From assembly GCA_028280285.1 (NCBI GenBank), contig JANQMA010000003.1:8868-72867 (forward strand): DNA of 64,000 nt, given 5' to 3'. Below are positions 1 to 8,396 of the stretch, one piece after another; within the stretch, counting starts at the first letter, position 1, and each line of letters opens with the position of its first letter. The notes under the pieces were generated by a model. The model worked only from the letters and a program-made list of their open reading frames with translations, ran no database searches and was not told where the DNA came from. Origin of the DNA: Candidatus Omnitrophota bacterium (lineage in GTDB: Bacteria; Omnitrophota; Gorgyraeia; Zapsychrales; Zapsychraceae). Position numbers and translations under genes: made by a program.

Positions 1-68
1 CGATTTTCCGGATTAAACTGCGCCCCGCGCCCTTTGGTGGATTTGGAGGAAAGAGGAGAAGAATTCAT
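1..68 (-). CDS. 5' end of probable PA0069-family radical SAM protein (runs off window)
   Basis: Manual translation from ATG at 68: MNSSPLSSKSTKGRGAQFNPENR; the KGRGAxxNPxNR N-terminus is typical of this family; not in ORF track. Confidence 0.55.
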   Translation of the reverse strand, partial: MNSSPLSSKSTKGRGAQFNPEN

Positions 69-113
69 ATTTCAATAATACCACACAAATGAATGCATTA
101 AAAGAAATTTTTA

Positions 114-149
114 GGAGTAGAGGGATAAAGGAGCAAAGGGTTAAAGGGG
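114..149. repeat. Single arm of 8-mer tandem repeat element (family H)
   Basis: GAGTAGAG GGATAAAG GAGCAAAG GGTTAAAG; shares GTAGAGGGATAAAGG with 26171-26185. Confidence 0.55.
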
Positions 150-270
150 CGATGCAATGATTTGACAGTATTAGGTAGAATAAAATCAGATCAAAAGTCT
201 TCTTGGCAGAAGCAATCCATTGTGGCATACTTGCTCTGGGAATAATACAAATAATACTAGTACTAAAAAT

Positions 271-3174
271 ATGAATTTTTTAAGAAATAAACTAGTTAAA
301 TATATTTGCGTCCAGACTGTTGTGGTTGTGTTTTTTATTACAACCTGTGGACCGGTCTCGTCTGTCTCGGCCCAAACAGGGCTTAACCTGCCAACACCAG
401 GCAGTGTTGTTTCTTTAAGCGCGTCTTTTACACCTGCACTCATTACGGGAATTAATCTTAATCCACAAGATCCTTTTCAAATCGATTTTATCATTCATCC
501 TGGTGATGCTGAGCTGTCTGATGAAGAGTTTTCTGATGAATCAATGAAGATGATTAAATACTTTCTGGCAGCGCTAACAGTGCCGGAAAAAGATATGTGG
601 GTCAATCTTTCACCATATGAAAAAGAGCGCATTATTCCCGATGGGTTTGGCGATACCGTGATGGGCCGGGACTTGCTTGCTCAAGATTACATGCTTAAGC
701 AGCTGACAGCTTCTCTAATGTCACCGGACAGTGAAACAGGTGCAGCATTTTGGCAAAAAGTTTCTCAGCAGTCCGGAGTTGAAGATATTCCAACGGAAAC
801 ATTATCGAAAGTGTGGATTGTTCCACAGCGGGCTAAAATTTATGAAACACCTCAAGGGGTGTTTGTGGTGGATAGCTATTTGGAGGTCTTGCTTGAGGAG
901 GACTATCTGACCCTAGCGAATAGCGAACAGCGTATAGCGGGTAGGAGTGTTCAGCAAACAGTTGATAACTCTCTAAACGCTAAACGCCATACGCTAAACG
1001 CTGAAGTAATGCGCGAAATCATTCTCCCTGCCATCGAAACCGAAGTCAATCAAGGCAAAACCTTCGCCCAACTACGCCAAATCACCAATGCGGTTATTCT
1101 CGCCAATTGGTATAAAGAAAACATACAAAGTAGTATTCTAAATAAAATCTATGCCGATCAAAATAAAACCGAAGGCGTGGATACCGAAGATAAAGAAATT
1201 ACCCAAAAGATTTACGATCAATACACCGCTGCTTTTCGCACAGGGGTTAACAACCTAATTAAGGAAGAATATGACCCGGCAACACAGCAAATCATTCCCC
1301 GCAAATACTTCTCGGGGGGAATGAATTATGCATCTATTGAAAATGAGCAATCATCTGATAGCGCCATGGTTACAAAGATGATTAAGCGTGCACGCAAGGT
1401 CAACGTTGCCCTTACAGGACGTTTTAAAACAACCGATAGAAAGTTCCAATTAATACTTGGTAATAACGATAAATTATATGTTGACCAAATTGAGGCCAGA
1501 GAAATTACAGATAAGGATAAAGATCGCAGAACGTTTGAAACCAAAGACATGATCATTAAGGTTTACAATAAAGCCTCTGTATTGTTTAATTTGAAAAAAG
1601 CAAAAGAGTTGACTACTCAATTTGATCAAAGGATTATACCGCCGATTATTGAAAAAGGGATTATGCGGCTAAAAAGTGGTGACCGCTATTACGTAATACA
1701 CCCTAAATCTGAAATAGATATGAATGATAAAAAGGTTGTTGAAATAGATATGAATGGTAATAAGGTTTTCATGAAGGATAAAGATTTTTTTGAAGAGTTT
1801 TTAGATGCGGATGATAAAAAAGAAGCCGTCAAAGTGCTTTTTGAAAAAACAATTGAACATAAGAGTCAATGGATAATCAAACCGGAAAATATTTTAATGG
1901 CCCAGGTACGAGGTCAATGGTATGCCTGGATTAAAGATGGCCAGGCTCAATTCCCAGAGAGCTTTGATCCGCTGATGGATAATTACAGCGAACTACCGAT
2001 ACCTAAAGATGAACTTGACCGTAATTATCACATTAGGCTTTTAAAAGAAAACTATTTGTTGATTTGGGAACAATTTCAAGGCGAGGAGTATATTTCACGG
2101 GTAAGGCCGATAGTAAGAAATGAAGCTGAATTGCCTTATGATGCACCAGTGTTATCCGTCATTGATCAATTGGCTGATTCTGCTTCAATCGTTACGGAAA
2201 AGAGCGCTCAAGATAGTATCATTGAGATAGACAGCGTTGAACAAAATAATTTGGGTAATGTATTTCTTGATAAATTTGATGAGGAATACCAGTTTTCTAT
2301 AGATAAAGATGAAGAAGAAACAAATACAATACCAAGCTTAGACTGGCTTACCGAAAACATAGGAGCTATGTTTACCGGCTTTTTCCAAAGAGGGTATTTT
2401 AGAAATCAATCGGAGCGGTCTGAAATTTATTCAACAGACAGAGCAATTAATCCAGAAATGTTTAGAAGTCAGCTAAATGCTTTTTATGGGTTCCTCAAAG
2501 AAAGAGGCGATATATCCTCTACAGAGTTTAGACAACTTGTTGTGGCCAAAGCGCATTTGGAGATGCTGGAAATAGAAGAAGATATCTTGCAAAAAGTGTT
2601 GGAGAGAACAGGTGAGACAAAGCTTTCCATAAGAAAACGGGAAGAAGAAATAGATAAATTGCGAAAAATACCGGCCTTTGGCCACAGACTTAATGACCGT
2701 GAGTATGAGAGGGATTACAATGCAGCCTATGATGAGCGTGAGTACTATGTTGCGTATCTTAATGCCCGGTATGAACAATATGGATTAAGCATTACGGCAG
2801 ATGAACTGAAAACTATGCAGGATCTGAGTGATTTTTTTGTCAAGGTTGCCAAGGCCAAAACACCTGTTTTAGTAGAAATTGAAAATGATATTCAAACAAA
2901 AAATGTTTCTGAAGAAAAGCAGTTAGAATTTAGTTTGAATGATAAAGCGGCCCTGGATAAAGAGGTCGGGGGGATTGACATGAATCCTGCCAACATTGCT
3001 GTTGAAAACGCGGGTGATTTCCGTTTTGAATTTGACATCGACCCGGCTGCCTTCGAAGACCTTCCGATAAACGGTTTGGTGCCTGTGATCATTAACATAA
3101 CACCAGTCACCAATATTCCACTGCTCTTAGGCCGCGGCGAATCTAATCCCGAAGAAGTTACTTACCTGAATTAG
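271..3174 (+). CDS. Large secreted modular protein: N-terminal domain, variable central region, C-terminal GGIDxN motif
   Basis: Signal peptide after M at 271; WVNLSPYE/MGRDLLAQDY N-domain; kinase-like remnants (IKPENIL); C-terminal GGIDMNP...GLVPVIINITPV. Confidence 0.8.
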   Translation: MNFLRNKLVKYICVQTVVVVFFITTCGPVSSVSAQTGLNLPTPGSVVSLSASFTPALITGINLNPQDPFQIDFIIHPGDAELSDEEFSDESMKMIKYFLAALTVPEKDMWVNLSPYEKERIIPDGFGDTVMGRDLLAQDYMLKQLTASLMSPDSETGAAFWQKVSQQSGVEDIPTETLSKVWIVPQRAKIYETPQGVFVVDSYLEVLLEEDYLTLANSEQRIAGRSVQQTVDNSLNAKRHTLNAEVMREIILPAIETEVNQGKTFAQLRQITNAVILANWYKENIQSSILNKIYADQNKTEGVDTEDKEITQKIYDQYTAAFRTGVNNLIKEEYDPATQQIIPRKYFSGGMNYASIENEQSSDSAMVTKMIKRARKVNVALTGRFKTTDRKFQLILGNNDKLYVDQIEAREITDKDKDRRTFETKDMIIKVYNKASVLFNLKKAKELTTQFDQRIIPPIIEKGIMRLKSGDRYYVIHPKSEIDMNDKKVVEIDMNGNKVFMKDKDFFEEFLDADDKKEAVKVLFEKTIEHKSQWIIKPENILMAQVRGQWYAWIKDGQAQFPESFDPLMDNYSELPIPKDELDRNYHIRLLKENYLLIWEQFQGEEYISRVRPIVRNEAELPYDAPVLSVIDQLADSASIVTEKSAQDSIIEIDSVEQNNLGNVFLDKFDEEYQFSIDKDEEETNTIPSLDWLTENIGAMFTGFFQRGYFRNQSERSEIYSTDRAINPEMFRSQLNAFYGFLKERGDISSTEFRQLVVAKAHLEMLEIEEDILQKVLERTGETKLSIRKREEEIDKLRKIPAFGHRLNDREYERDYNAAYDEREYYVAYLNARYEQYGLSITADELKTMQDLSDFFVKVAKAKTPVLVEIENDIQTKNVSEEKQLEFSLNDKAALDKEVGGIDMNPANIAVENAGDFRFEFDIDPAAFEDLPINGLVPVIINITPVTNIPLLLGRGESNPEEVTYLN
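914..1002. repeat. Heptamer inverted-repeat element, family A (TAGCGWW), in-frame inside CDS
   Basis: TAGCGAA TAGCGAA CAGCGTA TAGCGGG ... CTAAACG CTAAACG CCATACG CTAAACG. Confidence 0.85.
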
Positions 3175-4018
3175 CCAAAGACGAAAGCATTTGATCGAGT
3201 GCCTTGCCAACTCTTAAGATGGTGCAAAGTTTTTGAAATACTGAAAATCCTGTAAAGTTTACGCAAGGAGTATTGTTGGCATCAATAATATATAATGTGC
3301 CATCATGCCTATCTCTTAACGTATCAAGCTCTCCATAATCCATGCCGATATGTTCACAAAACTTAAGAATTTTTTTCAGTTCGTCTTTACTGAAATGATC
3401 TTGGGGAGGGATAACGCGGCCCTTAACGGAAATATTAAACCGGTCTTCAATAGGTGAGAGTTTGTAATAGACGAAAGGGATTGTTTTGTTAAAAACGGGA
3501 ACTCTTACCTCGGACACAAATTTTTCTTCCATTTCGGTATCAATCAGTTTTTGATAAACATATCCGTCTTCAGTCTTTTCGATGGGGCACTCAATAATTT
3601 TCCCATCATGTGCGCCGTTTTTATCGGATTTTTTTACGCAAAGGCCGGTATATGTTAATGGATTAACCATGGGTGAATAGCCGAATACTTTTTTGAAACA
3701 TGTATCGACATGTTGTTTGCTGATATCAAAACAGTTTTGATTAAGGACAGGGTATTTTTGGGATAGTTCTTTAATCGTGTCATTGGCTTTGCGAAAGGTC
3801 GTAGCTTCCCAGAAAATGGCAAGATCGTACTTATCGTTAACATCGTTTGTAATGCGCCAGCCGAAAAACCGGCCCATGTAAAGAAGGACATAACTATCAA
3901 AGCGTGGCTTTTCAGGATAGAGCAGAATACAGCGCGGGCGACCTAAAAGTCCGCGCACGCTATTAAGAAGTTTGCACCAAAGCGCAGTGATAAAAATACG
4001 AACAGCATGATATTTCAT
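3158..4018 (-). CDS. ATP-grasp fold protein (RimK-like)
   Basis: VKKS..NG.HDG, YVYQKLI, EVRV, DYGELD...LYIIDANNTP ATP-grasp motifs. Confidence 0.7.
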   Translation of the reverse strand: MKYHAVRIFITALWCKLLNSVRGLLGRPRCILLYPEKPRFDSYVLLYMGRFFGWRITNDVNDKYDLAIFWEATTFRKANDTIKELSQKYPVLNQNCFDISKQHVDTCFKKVFGYSPMVNPLTYTGLCVKKSDKNGAHDGKIIECPIEKTEDGYVYQKLIDTEMEEKFVSEVRVPVFNKTIPFVYYKLSPIEDRFNISVKGRVIPPQDHFSKDELKKILKFCEHIGMDYGELDTLRDRHDGTLYIIDANNTPCVNFTGFSVFQKLCTILRVGKALDQMLSSLANSGK

Positions 4019-4032
4019 AAGGCAAAGAATTT

Positions 4033-5031
4033 TTATTTAATATGTTTAAAAAGAAACCTGCAGCTAAATGCGTCCTGCACGGCGGTGCCGGTTGAGATAA
4101 AAATAATTTTTTTGTTATTTTTTTTCTTTTTACCAATTAAAGGGCGGAGCTCCTCGACTATGTTCTTTTTTAAAGCGCCCGCTTTGCGCCAGCGATTCAT
4201 GTCGCCAAAGTAAATATTATCGAGTGAATCGGTAACTAAACGGCTTCCTTTAATAGTGTTTTTATGAAGTTCCGACAAGTTTTCGGCATCAGCCCCGACA
4301 CTTGAAATAAATTGAACTGTTTGTGTATTGTGGGCATTCACAAGGGCTTTGCGGGAATCTGTTGCTAAAAATAAAGCCTGCGCAGACCGGCATGTTTCAT
4401 TAAAATTCATGGTTTGGATGTGACAGCCTTTTTTGTTTCTAAATGCTTGTTTAAAGAGTTTCATTCTGTTTTTATTGATGTCGGTTACGTAAAAGTTTTT
4501 GATGCCGAGCCAGTCGTAGAGAAGGTTTGCTGTATAATAGCCGATGCGTCCCGCACCGATTAAACCAACAGACATATTTTTTTCAAAAGTTAAATGTTTA
4601 AGTGCAAGCACACTGATTGCGGCCGTGCGAAAAGATGAGAAAGCACAAACATCAAAAATACCCTCGACATAATTATCTTTTGGATGTAGGAGTAATGCTT
4701 TACCAACGGAAATTTTGTCTTTAACAGTTCTTTGCTCCTCATTGGTGCCGATAACTTTAACGGCTTTGATGGGGCTTCGATCAAAGCCGCCAATCACGCA
4801 AGGCATGACCCGAAAGTCACCTTTAAGCCCCGGTGTGGTGAAGACATTTTTGCGAGGATAGTCAACTATCGATTTTTTACTTTTGTAAAGCAGGTACAGT
4901 CTTTCTAATTGATTCATGTAGAGCTTGGTATGCTTCATCAGGGCCGCATGAATCTGCTTTTCGGTAAAATGTTTGCACGGTTCATCCTGCAGACGGAGGA
5001 GCTTTTGTTCGATTGTTTTCGGGCTGTTCAT
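4033..5031 (-). CDS. Ornithine cyclodeaminase/mu-crystallin family protein
   Basis: VMP, RTAA and GLIGAGRIG Rossmann motifs, SVGAD, STGTAVQD. Confidence 0.8.
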   Translation of the reverse strand: MNSPKTIEQKLLRLQDEPCKHFTEKQIHAALMKHTKLYMNQLERLYLLYKSKKSIVDYPRKNVFTTPGLKGDFRVMPCVIGGFDRSPIKAVKVIGTNEEQRTVKDKISVGKALLLHPKDNYVEGIFDVCAFSSFRTAAISVLALKHLTFEKNMSVGLIGAGRIGYYTANLLYDWLGIKNFYVTDINKNRMKLFKQAFRNKKGCHIQTMNFNETCRSAQALFLATDSRKALVNAHNTQTVQFISSVGADAENLSELHKNTIKGSRLVTDSLDNIYFGDMNRWRKAGALKKNIVEELRPLIGKKKKNNKKIIFISTGTAVQDAFSCRFLFKHIK

Positions 5032-5122
5032 GAGACTAAGTTTAACATATGTTCAGAAGCCTTCCCAAAATTTTGGTAAAAAATTTAACTCAGGTTTAAG
5101 AATATTTCTGTATAATGACAGC

Positions 5123-5479
5123 ATGCCAACCAAGATAAACATCCGTATTGTAACCGGCGTGATATTACTTACCGTCCAGGTTTTGATGGTGATCTATGCC
5201 CGTTTTGACGAAGCGCGTTATTTCTGTTGGGCCCCGCATGATTCGCAAAACGAATATGCCATTTTTGCAACGGTTAATGACCAGACTTTAACACCCGATC
5301 AAATCCAAAAACGTTATCGTATTAAGCAAAAGGGCATAGATCCGCGCGCTATCCAGCACATTAAAGATATCATTGAACGTTATGAAACCACTTATGGGAA
5401 GGACAGTCCGGCTGAGGTAATTATGCATTACAGTACCAATGGGATTGAAAAACCATCCTGGAGATGGCCGAAGACATGA
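5123..5479 (+). CDS. Small membrane-anchored hypothetical protein, coupled to HTTM-like gene
   Basis: Start reassigned to ATG 5123 after TATAAT; N-terminal hydrophobic helix; ATGA overlap with next gene. Confidence 0.65.
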   Translation: MPTKINIRIVTGVILLTVQVLMVIYARFDEARYFCWAPHDSQNEYAIFATVNDQTLTPDQIQKRYRIKQKGIDPRAIQHIKDIIERYETTYGKDSPAEVIMHYSTNGIEKPSWRWPKT

Positions 5480-6537
5480 GCGTAAACCCTCTTAAAATTG
5501 TTAATAATGAAATGGAGCCGCAATTATTATTGACCGCCAAGGCGGTTGTGTTAGGTCTTATCTGCGGTAAATACTTTTTTAAACTCTCCGATCATTTTCT
5601 TCCTGTTTGGCCAATATTTGATTATTTAGGTCCGCCGCATGTGTTTGAAGCGGTTCTTAAGGTGCTCTTTATTTTTGGCTGCGCCGGAATTTTATTTAAC
5701 TGCCGTGTGCGTTTATGCTGTATTATTTTGGGACTGGTTTTTCTTATTACACCCCTATCGTCGATGGTCAGTTACCGCAATGCCAAAGTATTTACCGGAT
5801 TTTTGTTGTTTATGATAGGCCTTCACAAAAAAGGGGAGGTGCCGTGGCTTGTTCAAGCACAGGTGATTATATTGTATCTCGGAGCCGGTATTAATAAACT
5901 GTTTGAACCCGATTGGCAAACGGGTCAATATTTTGAGCATTGGATGCACAATATTATTAAAAATCCATATTACATTAATGCCACGATGCTCTTGCCACCG
6001 ATGATGCTTTCTAAGATTATGTGCTGGCTGACGATTGCTGTTGAGTTTATTTTCCCAATTACTTTGTGGAGGCGTTTTCATGTGTCTTTCTTTCTGTGGA
6101 CCGGCGTGCTTTTTCATGGTATGGCACTTATTTTATCGGGTGATGATTTCGGGGTCTTTTCGATCGCTGTTCTTTGTTCTTACTTTTCTTTTGTCAAATG
6201 GCCTGAGCTGATACGTGTATCTTTTAACGGTGATAATCTTTTACATAGAATTGCCAAAGGGATAGTAAACGTGTTTGGCTTTGATAACCATTTTGTTTGG
6301 CAGGAACAGGCTGGCGGCCCACTTGTGGCAACAATCAATAGTCAAACCCACACAGGCACTTTGGCGTTTAAAAAGATGGTGCTTTATCTGCCTATTTTTT
6401 ATTTAGCGGTGGCGGTCCTTATCAGTCTTGCGCCAACGGCTGCCCTTAAATCCAAATGCGCGTTGCTTCTTTATGTCTTGATTTTCCCGTTGCCGGAGGT
6501 GATAGGGTATTTGAAGCGCAAAAGGGAGAAGGCTTAG
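5476..6537 (+). CDS. HTTM-like (vitamin K-dependent carboxylase-like) membrane protein with degenerate DCC1-like C-terminal domain
   Basis: QVIILYLGAGINKL..DW.TG and GVLFH motifs; multiple TM helices. Confidence 0.65.
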   Translation: MSVNPLKIVNNEMEPQLLLTAKAVVLGLICGKYFFKLSDHFLPVWPIFDYLGPPHVFEAVLKVLFIFGCAGILFNCRVRLCCIILGLVFLITPLSSMVSYRNAKVFTGFLLFMIGLHKKGEVPWLVQAQVIILYLGAGINKLFEPDWQTGQYFEHWMHNIIKNPYYINATMLLPPMMLSKIMCWLTIAVEFIFPITLWRRFHVSFFLWTGVLFHGMALILSGDDFGVFSIAVLCSYFSFVKWPELIRVSFNGDNLLHRIAKGIVNVFGFDNHFVWQEQAGGPLVATINSQTHTGTLAFKKMVLYLPIFYLAVAVLISLAPTAALKSKCALLLYVLIFPLPEVIGYLKRKREKA

Positions 6538-6548
6538 GGGAACGAGTG

Positions 6549-6577
6549 TTGACATAAAAATACTTTTGTAGTAGGAT
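6549..6577 (+). promoter_or_regulatory. Sigma70-type promoter of tRNA operon
   Basis: TTGACA-17 bp-TAGGAT. Confidence 0.65.
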
Positions 6578-6590
6578 AGGCGAACATTTT

Positions 6591-6652
6591 GGGCGATTAG
6601 CTCCCCGCTACAAAACATAGCGGGTCCGCCAGGCAGTGTGGCGGAAGTTGGT
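6591..6652 (+). pseudogene. tRNA-Val 5' fragment (20 nt) interrupted by two 21-nt hairpins
   Basis: GGGCGATTAGCTC [CCCGCTA-N7-TAGCGGG][TCCGCCA-N7-TGGCGGA] AGTTGGT; flanks identical to nt 1-20 of the tRNA at 6666. Confidence 0.75.
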
Positions 6653-6665
6653 TTGAAAATTCGTT

Positions 6666-6741
6666 GGGCGATTAGCTCAGTTGGTAGAGCATCTGACTTA
6701 CATTCAGAAGGTCATAGGTTCGATCCCTGTATCGCCCACCA
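6666..6741 (+). tRNA. tRNA-Val(TAC)
   Basis: 76-nt cloverleaf, anticodon arm TCTGA-CTTACAT-TCAGA, GGTTCGATCC T-arm, encoded CCA. Confidence 0.97.
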
Positions 6742-6804
6742 TCCGCCACAATGTTTGGCGGATGATCCCGAGTGACTATCATTCGGATGGTGGGAACGAG
6801 GGAC
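6742..6804. repeat. 21-nt TCCGCCA-N7-TGGCGGA hairpin followed by ATCCCGAG...CGAGGGA palindromic element
   Basis: Hairpin arms match 6625-6645; ends of second element match 39899-39939. Confidence 0.65.
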
Positions 6805-6838
6805 CAATTAATACATATAAAATTTCTTCTAAATTTTT

Positions 6839-6916
6839 GGGGCTGTAGTTCAGCCTGGTTAGAACGCCTGCCTGTCACGCAGGAGGTCGCCGGTTCAAAT
6901 CCGGTCAGCCCCGCCA
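6839..6916 (+). tRNA. tRNA-Asp(GTC)
   Basis: Cloverleaf, anticodon arm CCTGC-CTGTCAC-GCAGG, GGTTCAAATCC, CCA end. Confidence 0.97.
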
Positions 6917-6919
6917 TAT

Positions 6920-6958
6920 AAAACGAGCTTCCACATTAGTGGGAGCTCGTTTTATTTT
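6920..6958 (+). terminator. Rho-independent terminator
   Basis: AAACGAGCTTCCAC-ATTA-GTGGGAGCTCGTTTT then T-rich. Confidence 0.85.
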
Positions 6959-7055
6959 GTATGTTAGTTTTTTTATCTTACAATCGTTGAGCTGTGTTAT
7001 ACTATCTCAATTATTCCCCCCCGTTCGGTTTTCCCCTTAAACACAGGAGGAAAAC

Positions 7056-7618
7056 ATGTCTCAATTAATTCCCGAAGAAGTGGTTCTCACCAAGGTGTAT
7101 CATGTCCGCGGGCAGAAGGTAATGCTGGATCGTGATCTGGCTAGGCTTTATGGTGTTACCACTGGAAATTTAAACAAAGCTGTTAAACGGAATCAAAATA
7201 GATTTCCTGATGATTTTATGTTTCAATTAACTGCGGCAGAATGGGAATCTTTAAGATTCCAATTTGGAAGCTTAAAACGAGGGCAGCACCCTAAATACCT
7301 ACCGTATGCTTTTACTCAAGAGGGCATTGCAATGCTTTCCGGAGTTCTCAACAGTCCTCAAGCGATACAGGTTAATATCACGATCATGCGGGTATTTGCT
7401 AAATTAAGGGAAATTATGATGACCCATAAGGATTTAGTCGTCGCTTCGCTCCTCCTGTTGCTTCGCCTTTGGCGAAGCAAAAGACCTCCCAGTTTAAGGA
7501 GCTTCGCCGGCAGGTCGATGGGCATGACAAGACGATTAAAGCTATTCTGGATGCCATGCGGCGATTGCAGAATGATACGACTAAACCTAAGGGAGGAATT
7601 GGATTTCATTCGAAGTAA
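7056..7618 (+). pseudogene. ORF6N-domain DNA-binding protein frameshifted by a ~47-bp hairpin insertion
   Basis: RGQKVMLDRDLA.LYGV, RFPDDFMFQLT, PYAFTQEG.AMLS; canonical-looking tail SQFKELRRQVDGHDKTIKAILDAM...PKGGIGFHSK* lies in another frame ending 7618. Confidence 0.85.
7438..7484. mobile_element. Miniature palindromic insertion
   Basis: Contains TTGCTTCGCC-TTT-GGCGAAGCAA; removing 47 bp restores the frame; related hairpin at 30355. Confidence 0.7.
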
Positions 7619-7743
7619 AACCTCTGAAAACGAGTGTCAGAACTGCCGAACATTGTGTTTTGTAATTACTTATGAGATAATTCTTAGACGAACAGAGTTC
7701 TGCCACCATTTTTTATAATGTCTCCAGAATCAATTAAAGGAAA

Positions 7744-8028
7744 ATGATTACGAGAAAATATTTAATTTTGGTTTTATCTGTATTGTTTCTTACTGGCTGT
7801 TCGCAATCTTTCTGGAATGAAGTTGCTAAAAATATGCAACAGCAAAATCAAAATTATGTAGATCCTCACTATGAAATGGATATGCGATTTAGACAGCAGT
7901 GGTCAGATAATCAAAATAATCCACAAAATGTTAACTATAACATGACTTGTGGGGTTAAACCTTTACCTAATATAGGTTGTACAATTGGACGTTGTGTAAA
8001 TGGGCAATGGGAGGAGATTTGCAATTAA
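7744..8028 (+). CDS. Hypothetical lipoprotein with Cys-rich C-terminus
   Basis: Lipobox LTGC; 4 C-terminal Cys; AAGGA SD. Confidence 0.7.
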   Translation: MITRKYLILVLSVLFLTGCSQSFWNEVAKNMQQQNQNYVDPHYEMDMRFRQQWSDNQNNPQNVNYNMTCGVKPLPNIGCTIGRCVNGQWEEICN

Positions 8029-8036
8029 GTGAGTAT

Positions 8037-8396
8037 TTATTTTTTTAATTTTTCAATAACTTTCGATCCATTTTTATAAACATCATCATGTAAACCACAA
8101 TAAATCAATACAGCATCATTCATTGTGTGTGTGGAAGATTCACAAAAACTACATTTTTTGGTGAGCACTTCTTTTTTACACTCTTTACACCCTAAAAATA
8201 GTGTCCTGAAACGATTGTTGCCTTTGGGGAATCCTCTAAATGGACTAAGGTTGGCCTTTTTAACATCGCCGCAATAAATACCAGCATTCATCAAAAACCG
8301 TTTCAGCTTTTTTCTTTGCGCAACGTGTTCTTTATTTTTGCTATTGAACACTTTTTTATATTCAGGGTGTTCGTGAACTGTAGGGCAACCGCTCAT
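8037..8396 (-). CDS. Putative RelE/ParE-superfamily toxin with CxxC..CxxC insertion
   Basis: PEYKKVF N-terminus, RFRTLF, VLIYCGLHDDVY C-terminus; basic 119 aa; ATGA overlap with upstream gene. Confidence 0.55.
   Translation of the reverse strand: MSGCPTVHEHPEYKKVFNSKNKEHVAQRKKLKRFLMNAGIYCGDVKKANLSPFRGFPKGNNRFRTLFLGCKECKKEVLTKKCSFCESSTHTMNDAVLIYCGLHDDVYKNGSKVIEKLKK

Noticed and set aside
6672-6917. 81-aa minus-strand ORF
   Set aside because: Antisense translation of the two tRNAs.
7485-7718. C-terminus of the 220-aa ORF6N ORF
   Set aside because: Out-of-frame read-through after the insertion; the plausible tail ends at 7618.
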